Shown piece after piece: positions 49,151 to 58,390 of a stretch of DNA of 64,000 nt (positions are counted from its first letter, which is position 1; each line of letters opens with the position of its first letter). This DNA is from a virus. The stretch covers positions 1-64,000 of the IMG/VR virus record IMGVR_UViG_3300017917_001958; one strand, 5' to 3'. The position numbers were made by a program, and so were the translations under genes. The notes beneath the pieces were generated by a model. That model was not told the DNA's origin. It ran no database searches and saw only the letters and a program-made list of their open reading frames with translations.

Positions 49151-52054
49151 TTAACTTTCTATTGCATGATAAGCGAAATCATTACCATTGGTTTCTATGA
49201 TTTCATCTTCATTACTTTTTACACTTTCAGCTTGTAATGATAAAACTTTTCTGTTAAAATCGATCCAGTTTTTATCTACCAATTCTAAACTATTTTCAAC
49301 ATACATGAAGTATGGGTCACGTTGTACTCTATTCCAAAAAATAACTTCACTATCTGATAAGGTCATGACTTCATCAAACTTGTCTTGACCTTCTTCTTTT
49401 AACGGATGACCATTAATAAGTTCACATTGTATTTTAGTAAAATACTGTCTATCTTTTGGATCGTCAATTAAAATATCTTCACGAATTTCCGGTTTAAAAA
49501 CAACCAATAATGGTTCAACTCTTTTATTGAAGTTATTTAGATATCTAGCAACATTATATTCACCTTTTAAATCTGGATTGTTAGTGATTTCCTTTTCATC
49601 AATCATATAACAATTTACATTAAGAACCCAATAATTGGGTGGCATTTGTTTACCATTATTAATGTAATATTCATCTTGTTCTTTTTTTGTCCATTTAGCC
49701 TTTCTCTCTACGTCACCTGATGATTTTTTATTTCCATTATTAACATAATAAATTGTGTCACCTAAACCCGCAGGATAATCATTTTGAATAATTAATTCCA
49801 TATGTGCTTGTCTAGACATTAATGCACCTGATTTAGTTGTTTTTTTAATGTGTTTTTTATAATCATTTATAGATTGTTTAACACGTGCCTTATTTGCTAT
49901 TTTTGATAATGGTATTTCTTTGTTGTAAATTTTCTCAACATAATCATAATACAATTCCACAAAAGATAAACCATCACCATTTAGTAGATATTTTAATCCT
50001 TCATCTAAAAATTCAACAATATATGTTTGTAATTTTTTAGATTTAATTGTGTTACCGGTTAATTTAATTTTTTCTTTTCCTTTCTTCAACATTTTAATGA
50101 TATAATTTTTTCTTGAAACGTTAATACAAGCGGGAGCAATATAATCAATATCCAATCCCATTTCACCTCTCATAAAAATATCATTAAATTCTGCGGTATC
50201 GGCTTCAATTCCTTTATATTCTTTTCCTTTCTTAACCAATTCGTTAAGGCCTAAACCAATATAAACCGTATCGTTAACGTTTTCGGGTGTTTCAAAGTTC
50301 ACACCATCCGTATCCATAACCAATGGTTTATATCCTTTTTTGATAAAAAACATAATCATCATTCTAAGACATTGACGACCCACACATGTAATTGTTTCAC
50401 CTTTATTCATGTCACCCCATGGAAATACTTGAGGTGCTGATAAACTACCAAAATAAGCATTAATAAAAATTTTAATCGGTAATTGTTTACGATCATACAT
50501 TTCTGCCAATACAGGATCCTTATCTTTTAATTCACCGGCCAAATGTTTATATTTAATACGTATATCACGAAAGTACTTTAACATTGATTTCTGTACACCC
50601 ATAACATCACATTCAGGAAACACATCATATACAAGCTGTATTGATGGATAAAGTGATGCATAGTCAAACTTAACAATGTTCTTTGAATAACCAACATTTA
50701 ACAATCTTGATAAACCTCCTGTAATTGCACGTTTCTCATCTTTTGCAGGAATTGCTAAATTATTTTCATAAGACCATGCTAACATTATTATTTTCCATAA
50801 CGTTGCGGTACCCATGGTGGCAATTCTTTCATAAGTAGTTGGTACCAATTTAGAAAGTAAAAATGTCGATTGGGAGAATGAATCATCTACAATCATTGTC
50901 TCATATAAGTCATCGTCAAGATATTGTTCGACGATTTTTTCACCCGTCCATATTTCATATTTACCTGGATATTTTTCAGTTAACCCATCAGTTCCGGGTT
51001 CACCAATTTTTTTATATTTTCCTGTTTTTGGGTTAACATAATAATAATCATTATCTAAATATATTTTAGATATTTGCGAACCCTCAACATAAACACGATT
51101 TTCTTTTTCTTTTTCTAAATACTTTGTTATATATTTTAATCCCCAACTTTTAATTTCAGAATTAATTGCCTGAGCTCTTCTAACGGAATGTGCAATATCA
51201 ATTATATTAAATCCCCAAATCACATGTTGGGTATATGGTTCAACTTCATTCGCTAATTTTAACATACCTTCCTTTTCCTTCATTCCTTGGGATGTGAAGA
51301 TTTGTGTTAAACCACTAACATTAACCCCCAATATTTCTGCTCTTTTTAATATAAACGGCCAGTCAAAGAATGCAGAGTTATATCCACCAATAATCGTTGG
51401 TTTTAATTCTCTAATATACCCGAAAAATTTTTCTATACATTTTTTTTCACCATCTTCACCAAATGCGGATATCGTTTTTTGTAAACCACGATTATCTTTG
51501 ATACCTATAAGAATTATGTTGTTCGTTTCCGGTTCTAAACCAGTTGTCTCAATATCGAATACAAATCTATAAACATCATTATATTCATTAATACCTTTAA
51601 AAAGACGTTTCTTTTTTTGTATTAAATATTGTTCTACCGGAGATAAAATTGTAAAATGTTGTTTTGTTTCTTCTTTCCATGGATCCAATCCTCCAAACCT
51701 AAAAAAATTAATTAAATCGGTATAACTTTTAATACTTTTTACTAAATGTGTCATACCATTTTCAAGTCGTTCATTACCATGGGTATCTAATTTTTCAATA
51801 ATAATCCCAAATTCACCCATTTTCTTTTTCTGTAATGATTTTGATCCACCATAGAAATTTAATCCGGATAAATCACTTACCCACATAAAAGGGGTAAACG
51901 TATCCGTTTTAATAATTTTTCCCTTTTCGGGGTCTTGAATAATTTTTGAGATTTTGTTAGTAGAGTAATCGTACTCGACACCGACGATATACATTTCATC
52001 GTCACCACCGTTCAGGAATTTTTCAATAACTTCCTGAGAAATAAATTCTTTCAT
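49151..52054 (-). CDS. Family B DNA polymerase with 3'-5' exonuclease (T4 gp43-like)
   Basis: ExoI FDIETTG, ExoII YNSAFFDWPFI, motif A DYASLYPSI, motif B KIFINAYFG, motif C MDTDG and RKNY. Confidence 0.95.
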   Translation of the reverse strand: MKEFISQEVIEKFLNGGDDEMYIVGVEYDYSTNKISKIIQDPEKGKIIKTDTFTPFMWVSDLSGLNFYGGSKSLQKKKMGEFGIIIEKLDTHGNERLENGMTHLVKSIKSYTDLINFFRFGGLDPWKEETKQHFTILSPVEQYLIQKKKRLFKGINEYNDVYRFVFDIETTGLEPETNNIILIGIKDNRGLQKTISAFGEDGEKKCIEKFFGYIRELKPTIIGGYNSAFFDWPFILKRAEILGVNVSGLTQIFTSQGMKEKEGMLKLANEVEPYTQHVIWGFNIIDIAHSVRRAQAINSEIKSWGLKYITKYLEKEKENRVYVEGSQISKIYLDNDYYYVNPKTGKYKKIGEPGTDGLTEKYPGKYEIWTGEKIVEQYLDDDLYETMIVDDSFSQSTFLLSKLVPTTYERIATMGTATLWKIIMLAWSYENNLAIPAKDEKRAITGGLSRLLNVGYSKNIVKFDYASLYPSIQLVYDVFPECDVMGVQKSMLKYFRDIRIKYKHLAGELKDKDPVLAEMYDRKQLPIKIFINAYFGSLSAPQVFPWGDMNKGETITCVGRQCLRMMIMFFIKKGYKPLVMDTDGVNFETPENVNDTVYIGLGLNELVKKGKEYKGIEADTAEFNDIFMRGEMGLDIDYIAPACINVSRKNYIIKMLKKGKEKIKLTGNTIKSKKLQTYIVEFLDEGLKYLLNGDGLSFVELYYDYVEKIYNKEIPLSKIANKARVKQSINDYKKHIKKTTKSGALMSRQAHMELIIQNDYPAGLGDTIYYVNNGNKKSSGDVERKAKWTKKEQDEYYINNGKQMPPNYWVLNVNCYMIDEKEITNNPDLKGEYNVARYLNNFNKRVEPLLVVFKPEIREDILIDDPKDRQYFTKIQCELINGHPLKEEGQDKFDEVMTLSDSEVIFWNRVQRDPYFMYVENSLELVDKNWIDFNRKVLSLQAESVKSNEDEIIETNGNDFAYHAIES

Positions 52055-52061
52055 ATTTTAA

Positions 52062-52125
52062 AATTTTAAATGTGACACATTATCTTGTGATTAAATCACA
52101 GTTTGTCTTAATTACATTTAAAATT
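52062..52125 (-). promoter_or_regulatory. Nested stem-loop in the 5' leader of the DNA polymerase gene
   Basis: 12-bp outer inverted repeat AATTTTAAATGT/ACATTTAAAATT, middle GACA/TGTC and inner TGTGAT/ATCACA; ends 7 nt from the ATG. Confidence 0.55.
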
Positions 52126-52144
52126 ATAACGAAAAAAACCGGTA

Positions 52145-52513
52145 TTAAAAAATATTGATAAATAATTTTTCTTTTACCGGTAATATTAACTTATTAGTCG
52201 GATTCTGATTAGTATCTAAAAATTGTATGGTTATTTTACCTTCATATTTACCAATTTCTGATGTTTGATTTTCAGTAAATCTATATACAATATAATATTC
52301 ATCGGTTGTTTGGTGATATTTTTTTGTTCTTGTGGTAATTTGACATTGACCGTTTAATATTACGGGATCACCGGTTTTAAATTCGAACATTTCAAAAGTG
52401 ATACTTGAATTTTCTAATAGATCATTAAATGATGATTTATCATTTTTACCATCATCAATCATTTTCATCTTTAATATTGGGTCAGACGCACCTTGTCTAA
52501 TAAAAAATTCCAT
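52145..52513 (-). CDS. BppU N-terminal-like (Ig-like) virion protein (122 aa)
   Basis: FFIRQGASDPILKM...YRFTENQTSEIGKYEGKITIQF...LILP pattern; preceded by the TATTTAT motif. Confidence 0.55.
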   Translation of the reverse strand: MEFFIRQGASDPILKMKMIDDGKNDKSSFNDLLENSSITFEMFEFKTGDPVILNGQCQITTRTKKYHQTTDEYYIVYRFTENQTSEIGKYEGKITIQFLDTNQNPTNKLILPVKEKLFINIF

Positions 52514-52601
52514 TATTTTTAATTTTATATATGATAAATATCTTTATGGACAGAATTATTGATCAGTTATCGAAATTCATATTTGCTCAAACAGGTAAAG
52601 A

Positions 52602-53729
52602 TTATGGTGTTGGTGTTGGTGTTGGTGTTGGTGTACTAGTAGGTGGTAAAGTTGGAGGAGGTTCTGGTGTACTAGTGGGTGTACTAGTTGGTGTACTAGT
52701 TGGTACCTGAGTTTCATTTGGTGTTGGTGTTGGAGTTGGTGTTGGTGGATTAAACCCTATTGGTAGATCAACACAATCAGAAACACATTCATTTATAAAA
52801 TAATATGGTTTTAATGAAACCAAATAATGATGATAAACATGTATATAGTCTAACGGTTCTTCAATATATTGAACTCTTTTTAATAAAAATTGTGTGGTAC
52901 CTGTATGAATATTATTGCACCCACTTGTTCCCCCGCCCCAAACTTGAACCATAGGATTTACCGAACTTCTTTTCGACGGGATTACCTCCTCCCAATCTTT
53001 TAATTTATAAATTGGATTTCCGTTTAAATATATTTTAAGAGTCCCCAACCTACTTTCTTTCTCGTCAGCCCATTTTTTATTTAAATCTTCGGTAATTCCG
53101 CCGGAATTTGATATTAAATCATTCCATCCACCCTCATTTTCGATATCACAATCAGTTAAATATTTATTTCTATCAAAAGTTATAGTGATATTAAAATCGT
53201 TACTTGTACCACCAGAACATAAAGTTGGTGTTTGACCTGATGATATATATGAAGATTCAATGTATCCTGAATTACAATAACCGGAATATCTAAATGATTT
53301 CCATAAAATTCTACCATCGTTAGTAAATGAAAATGATAAATTATTATCTAAATAATTTCTTGGGTCAATTTCATTTTTAATACCTAAATAATAAAAAGTA
53401 CTACCACTAACCCATGGTAAATTTTGTTTATTAAACACAAAATTAAGTGTCCAACCTTTTTCAGTTCTTCTTTTTACTATAAAATCACAAGAATTAAATG
53501 TATATCCTGTATTAACTTCAATTTCCCATGGAATAATTTCATTTAATGGGAAAATTGCACATTGTGAATCGATAATTAATGTCGAATATATTATTGGTGT
53601 TGTTAAATCTAATATATCTGTATTATAATCACCTTCGACTTTAGATATTTCATAATCATAAAGTTCTGAAAAATCTATCTTTAAATCAAGTTTAGACCCA
53701 TAAAAGTTTAAAATATTTTGACTGCTCAT
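52602..53729 (-). CDS. Virion-associated protein, LamG/ConA-like fold, ending in a Pro/Thr tail (375 aa)
   Basis: FNITITFDR...GTLKIYLNG..IY pattern; the last ~48 aa are PTPTPT repeats (52605-52748). Confidence 0.55.
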   Translation of the reverse strand: MSSQNILNFYGSKLDLKIDFSELYDYEISKVEGDYNTDILDLTTPIIYSTLIIDSQCAIFPLNEIIPWEIEVNTGYTFNSCDFIVKRRTEKGWTLNFVFNKQNLPWVSGSTFYYLGIKNEIDPRNYLDNNLSFSFTNDGRILWKSFRYSGYCNSGYIESSYISSGQTPTLCSGGTSNDFNITITFDRNKYLTDCDIENEGGWNDLISNSGGITEDLNKKWADEKESRLGTLKIYLNGNPIYKLKDWEEVIPSKRSSVNPMVQVWGGGTSGCNNIHTGTTQFLLKRVQYIEEPLDYIHVYHHYLVSLKPYYFINECVSDCVDLPIGFNPPTPTPTPTPNETQVPTSTPTSTPTSTPEPPPTLPPTSTPTPTPTPTP

Positions 53730-53734
53730 GTTTA

Positions 53735-53767
53735 TATAAATATCTTTACTAAGATTTGATATTTATA
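53735..53767. promoter_or_regulatory. Back-to-back GATATTTATA motifs (putative divergent late promoters)
   Basis: TATAAATATC at 53735-44 serves the minus-strand gene and GATATTTATA at 53758-67 serves the plus-strand gene; the same motif precedes many other genes. Confidence 0.6.
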
Positions 53768-53783
53768 TAAAAAGTGTATCTAC

Positions 53784-54524
53784 ATGAATAATTTTATAAA
53801 ACAGGTAATTGAAGAAAAATTTGCATCGAAAGCACAACAAAGGTTTTTTTATGCTCAAGCAGGTAAAGGCGGAAAAAAAGGTAAAAAATGGGGTAAATGG
53901 GCTAAAGAATTTTCAGATAAGACTGATTTTAGTAAACTTCCGGAAAAATCCGAAGAAAAAGAAGTTGATGAAATAGTCGATAAAAATGGTAACATTATAA
54001 CAGGTAAAAAATCAACAAATTTCAATTCTAAAGGAGTTACTGATGATTGGACTGCAGATGAAGTGGTTAAAGCTGGTGCAGGGTCCATGGGAACACATGG
54101 AGTTCATGGTACCCATACATCTCTAAGATATTGGGCTGAATCGGATATGAGTAAAGCGTTAGGATATAATGATACTTTAGCGAAAGATGTCGATTATGAA
54201 GATGCTGAAGAACATTTTAAAGATGATTTAGGAATTGATGATTCTGAAACCGAAGAAAGATTATCACAAATGGGTTATGATAAAAAATTACCTGAAGATA
54301 AGGTAAGATTAGTTGAAAATCCAAAAAAATTCATGGAAGAATACATTGAAAGTATTATAAATAAAAAAAGTAAAGAAAATGATATTATTTCAAAAGATAA
54401 TCAAATTGATGAAAAAGAAATAAATCCTATAATTATTAAGCAAATTAAATCATTAAAAAATACAATGAGTAGTCATAATTTAACTCTTAATGACATTATT
54501 AAACACCTAAAAGATAATGAATAA
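53784..54524 (+). CDS. Hypothetical protein with DUF3008-like N-terminal motif (246 aa)
   Basis: FASKAQQRFFYA...WAKEF...LPEK resembles the SKAQQR...LPE motif; the rest is acidic. Confidence 0.55.
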   Translation: MNNFIKQVIEEKFASKAQQRFFYAQAGKGGKKGKKWGKWAKEFSDKTDFSKLPEKSEEKEVDEIVDKNGNIITGKKSTNFNSKGVTDDWTADEVVKAGAGSMGTHGVHGTHTSLRYWAESDMSKALGYNDTLAKDVDYEDAEEHFKDDLGIDDSETEERLSQMGYDKKLPEDKVRLVENPKKFMEEYIESIINKKSKENDIISKDNQIDEKEINPIIIKQIKSLKNTMSSHNLTLNDIIKHLKDNE

Positions 54525-55011
54525 AGAATTAAAAGGTAGAATTTTTGATGTACCGAGAAATATTTTAGATAAGATTAATCACACTGTAATTGGTTTAAAT
54601 GGTATTCATGCACAAGGTCTTCAAAGAGCTAAAAAGATATTATCGGATAAAAAAGTAAAGTATGGTCAATTAAAAAGGATAATACATGATTTACAAAACA
54701 TGGATTCGGGTAAAGAAAAAATGAAATACGATTTGGCTGGAGGTGACTTGATGTTAAAATGGGGAATGACTCACTTACAAGGAGAAAGAGATTTGATTAG
54801 TAATAGAAAAGATTCTAAAAAAAGATCTGATGAAATTGGTGGAATTACCGGAGAGAGAAAAAATAGTCATTTAAAAAAACATTCAAAAAAACCTGATTTT
54901 TTACCACCATTAAATTTAATAAAAAGTAATTCACATAAATCATCAATATCACCAATCACATCACTTGGTTTATTTGAAGAAATTAAAAAAATAAAAAAAT
55001 TAATGTTATAA
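54517..55011 (+). CDS. Hypothetical basic protein (164 aa)
   Basis: Overlapping operonic ORF; ends LFEEIKKIKKLML. Confidence 0.6.
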   Translation: MNKELKGRIFDVPRNILDKINHTVIGLNGIHAQGLQRAKKILSDKKVKYGQLKRIIHDLQNMDSGKEKMKYDLAGGDLMLKWGMTHLQGERDLISNRKDSKKRSDEIGGITGERKNSHLKKHSKKPDFLPPLNLIKSNSHKSSISPITSLGLFEEIKKIKKLML

Positions 55012-55012
55012 A

Positions 55013-55687
55013 ATGGCAACTCAATTAGAAATATTAGCAGATAAGTTCAGACAAGAAAATATTGTAAGAAATTCATATAACACCGATACGAATGGATATT
55101 CTTCAAATAATGTAAACGCATTATCTGATGGTGATGAAAAAGGTAAAGGAGAATTACAAGGTAAAATAGGATCCTCTGTTGATATTCAAAACAGAATAGA
55201 TAATCTCGGTAGAAATAGATATTCTCCAAATAATGGGTATTCGTTAGTTAATCCTGACGCAATCTCCGATGGAGATGAATTCGGTAAGGGTGAAAATAAT
55301 GGACAAATTGGATCCTCTGTTGATATTCAAAACAGAATTGACAACGTTGCCAGAAATAGATATAACAATAATAATGGGTATTCGTTAGTTAATCCTGACG
55401 CAATCTCCGATGGAGATGAATTCGGTAAAGGTGAAAATAATGGGCAAGTTGGTTCATCCATAGATATTCAGAATAGAATAGACAATGTTGGTAGAAATAG
55501 ATATTCTCCAAATAATGGATATTCTTCAACAAATATAGATGCAATCTCCGATGGAGATGAATTCGGTAAAGGTGAAAATAATGGGCAAGTTGGTTCATCC
55601 ATAGATATTCAGAATAGAATATCATCAATTGCTAGAAATAAATTTGGTGAGACAAATAAATACCCTGATTTCTATGCAAATGACTAA
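55013..55687 (+). CDS. Tandem-repeat protein, 4 x 47 aa
   Basis: Unit NRYSPNNGYSLVNPDAISDGDEFGKGENNGQIGSSVDIQNRIDNVAR; DNA anchors at 55118, 55259, 55400 and 55541. Confidence 0.8.
   Translation: MATQLEILADKFRQENIVRNSYNTDTNGYSSNNVNALSDGDEKGKGELQGKIGSSVDIQNRIDNLGRNRYSPNNGYSLVNPDAISDGDEFGKGENNGQIGSSVDIQNRIDNVARNRYNNNNGYSLVNPDAISDGDEFGKGENNGQVGSSIDIQNRIDNVGRNRYSPNNGYSSTNIDAISDGDEFGKGENNGQVGSSIDIQNRISSIARNKFGETNKYPDFYAND
55070..55640 (+). repeat. Four 141-bp coding tandem repeats
   Basis: GCAATCTCCGATGGAGATGAATTCGGTAA recurs at exact 141-bp spacing; the first copy is diverged. Confidence 0.9.
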
Positions 55688-56465
55688 CAAAGTATTATTA
55701 ATAATTCTTGAAGAATTAAATATTCTTAAAACAAGTAAAACAAAACCAATTGTAGACGCTATTAAAAATAGAAACCCTGTAACGTTCTATTATTCTGGAC
55801 AATACAAACCAAAAAAAGATAGTGTTAAACGAGGTACTCGTGTTCGTGCTGAAGTGGTTGCTTTAGGTTTAAGTAAAAAAGGTAATCTTGTTATGAGAGC
55901 ATGGGTTCAGCCACCATCAGTTTCTAAAAAAGGGTTCTCTAAACATGGGTGGAGAACTTTCATGTTATCAAGAATGAGCAACGTTGTAATTTTAGATAAC
56001 GAAACATTTGATAGTAAAAGACCTCAGTATAAAGAAGGTAATGATAAATCTATGAGTGTTACCTATGTGACTACAGATTGGACCAAAACACCTAAAACTA
56101 AAAAAATAACAAAACCGGAAAAAACTGTAGAACCTGAGAAACCGGAAATATCCGGTAAACGAACCAAACCAAAACAACCGGAAATTGAACCTAAAAAAAC
56201 TGTGGAACCTGAGAAACCGGAAATATCCGGTAAACAAACTAAACCGGAAGTTAAACCTACAGAAAATAAACCGGAAGAGTTACCACAACCCAAACCAAAG
56301 GAAAAACCCGAAAAAACACCTTCTGTTGAAAAAACACCGGAAGAAAAACCCGAGGATTTACCACAACCCAAACCAGAAGAAAAACCAGATAAAAATCCTG
56401 AGGAGGAAAATGATGAAACATTAAAAGAAAGTATTAAAAAAATTAAACGTTTAATGTTTTTATAA
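55674..56465 (+). CDS. Stand-alone WYL-domain protein with Pro/Glu/Lys-rich tail
   Basis: IVDAIKNRNPVTFYY...R..EVVALG...LVMRAW...GWRTFMLSRMSNV is the WYL pattern; duplicated KTVEPEKPEISGK and LPQPKP repeats; start probably ATG 55674 or 55680. Confidence 0.7.
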   Translation: MQMTNKVLLIILEELNILKTSKTKPIVDAIKNRNPVTFYYSGQYKPKKDSVKRGTRVRAEVVALGLSKKGNLVMRAWVQPPSVSKKGFSKHGWRTFMLSRMSNVVILDNETFDSKRPQYKEGNDKSMSVTYVTTDWTKTPKTKKITKPEKTVEPEKPEISGKRTKPKQPEIEPKKTVEPEKPEISGKQTKPEVKPTENKPEELPQPKPKEKPEKTPSVEKTPEEKPEDLPQPKPEEKPDKNPEEENDETLKESIKKIKRLMFL

Positions 56466-56501
56466 AAATACTTATTATTTATAATAAAAAAAAATATTAA
56501 T

Positions 56502-57080
56502 ATGTCACAAGGTCAAGGAACAATATCTTCAAATGATTTAATGAAAAAGTTAGTTCAAGCAAAAAAAGTAATGAATAAAGTTGAAGGTGGTAATTATGAA
56601 AAAGGTCATGTAAATGAAGAAATACTAAGATCATCACCTGAAGATGTTATGAACAATTCACAGTATCAACCAAATCCAACTAACAGGACTAATAATACCG
56701 TTAGTGTAGATAAAATACAACAATCTAAATTACCCGAAGCAATTAAAAAAGCAATGATAGAAAATCCTATACCACAAATTTCTTTAAATGATACATTAGA
56801 TATGGACTTTATTAAAGGTGCAAAAAGACTAATGGAACAAGAAGGTGTATCCACTAAGAAAACACAAACACAACAAAAATTACCAACAAATACCGGAAGT
56901 AATATTGACATGAACTCAATAGCAATATTAATTGAAAACACGGTACGTAAGGTAATGGATGAAAAATTAAATCAAATATTAACCGCACAACAAACATCAA
57001 CAATAAATGAAAATTTAGTTTTAAAAGTGGGTGATTCTATATTTAAAGGTAAAATTACCGGAGTAAATAAATCTAAATAA
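56502..57080 (+). CDS. Hypothetical protein (192 aa)
   Basis: Full ORF preceded by TATTTAT (56476-82). Confidence 0.6.
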   Translation: MSQGQGTISSNDLMKKLVQAKKVMNKVEGGNYEKGHVNEEILRSSPEDVMNNSQYQPNPTNRTNNTVSVDKIQQSKLPEAIKKAMIENPIPQISLNDTLDMDFIKGAKRLMEQEGVSTKKTQTQQKLPTNTGSNIDMNSIAILIENTVRKVMDEKLNQILTAQQTSTINENLVLKVGDSIFKGKITGVNKSK

Positions 57081-57132
57081 ATTTTGTTTTTTTGTTTTTT
57101 TTTCTTATTATTTAGACATATAATATTAAATA

Positions 57133-58359
57133 ATGTCAAAAATAAGAATTTTAGCTATATCCCCCGACATATATGGTGTCGGTAAATTTAGGATTCTCGA
57201 TCCATACAAATATATCGGAGAAAATTATAATAATGATGTTCATGTGGACATCACGTTTAACGCAGAAATGGACGATGAGTTTTTTAAAAACTATGATATT
57301 GTCGTCTTCCACGGATTTATTCATCAACTAAGTCACGAAATAAATGTAGAAAGAGTTAAGTGGTTGAAATTAAACGGTATTAAAGTCGTTATGGACATTG
57401 ATGATATGTGGTTTGTTGATCAAAGACATCCGATGTATCATCAAATAAAAGAAAGTAAAATTGGTGAAAATAAAGTTGAATTACTTAAATTATCTGATTA
57501 TGTTACCACAACAACACCAATTTTTTCAAATACAATAAAGACAAGATTAGGTATTAAAAATGTTGAAATTTTTCCAAATGCGATAAATGAAGAGGAATCA
57601 CAATTTAAACCAAACCCAATGAAATCAGAAAAAGTTCGATTTGGTTGGTTAGGTGGTTCATCACATATGTATGATTTAGAATTATTAAAAAATGGTATAT
57701 CATCTATACACAATGAATTTAAAGATAAAGTACAATTTATTTTATGCGGATTTGATTTAAGAGGTACCGTTACCGAAATTGACGCTAAAACTGGTAAAAG
57801 AAATAAAAGAGATATTAAACCAACAGAAACGGTTTGGTATCAGTATGAGAAGTTTTTTACTGATGATTACAAATGTTTAAATGAAAATTACAAGAATTAT
57901 CTTTTAAAATTTTCACAAGAATTACCATTTGATGACTCTAACGAAAATTATATTAGAAGATGGACACAAGATGTGAATATCTATGCAAATAATTATAACT
58001 ATTTTGATGTATCTTTGGCACCATTAGTTGAATCAATATTTAACGGTAATAAATCACAATTAAAAATTATTGAGGCTGGTTTCCATAAAAAAGCAGTTAT
58101 TGCAAGTGAAACTGACCCATATACATTAGATTTAATTTCTGCAGTTGATAATGGTTCATTTAATAATAAGGGTAATGCTTTATTAGTTAACACAAAAAGA
58201 AATCATAAAGATTGGACAAAACATATGAAACGATTAATTCAAAATCCCAATATGATTGAAGATTTAGGTAACCGTTTATATGAAACCGTTAAAGACAAAT
58301 ATTCATTAAAAAAAGTCTCTAAAGATAGAGTTGAATTTTTCAAATCGATTTTAAAATAA
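57133..58359 (+). CDS. Glycosyltransferase, GT-B fold (GT4-like)
   Basis: VVMDIDD, DYVTTTT, FPNAI, FGWLGGSSH..DL, DVSLAPL...FN..KSQLKIIEAG and AVIAS motifs. Confidence 0.85.
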   Translation: MSKIRILAISPDIYGVGKFRILDPYKYIGENYNNDVHVDITFNAEMDDEFFKNYDIVVFHGFIHQLSHEINVERVKWLKLNGIKVVMDIDDMWFVDQRHPMYHQIKESKIGENKVELLKLSDYVTTTTPIFSNTIKTRLGIKNVEIFPNAINEEESQFKPNPMKSEKVRFGWLGGSSHMYDLELLKNGISSIHNEFKDKVQFILCGFDLRGTVTEIDAKTGKRNKRDIKPTETVWYQYEKFFTDDYKCLNENYKNYLLKFSQELPFDDSNENYIRRWTQDVNIYANNYNYFDVSLAPLVESIFNGNKSQLKIIEAGFHKKAVIASETDPYTLDLISAVDNGSFNNKGNALLVNTKRNHKDWTKHMKRLIQNPNMIEDLGNRLYETVKDKYSLKKVSKDRVEFFKSILK

Positions 58360-58390
58360 TATTTACAATAACAATTAAAAAACAAAAAAC

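Noticed and set aside
16072-52054. Inteins or group I introns in nrdA, nrdB, helicase, recombinase or PolB
   Set aside because: The ORFs are continuous and of ordinary length, and I saw no intein splice-junction or LAGLIDADG motifs.
52514-52604. Read-through or frameshift extending the PT-tailed protein into the next gene
   Set aside because: An in-frame TGA follows five codons after the stop, the -1 frame also closes quickly, and the next gene has its own TATTTAT motif.
55070-55640. Regularly spaced repeats as a CRISPR array
   Set aside because: The whole 141-bp unit repeats in frame within an ORF; there are no unique spacers and no cas genes.
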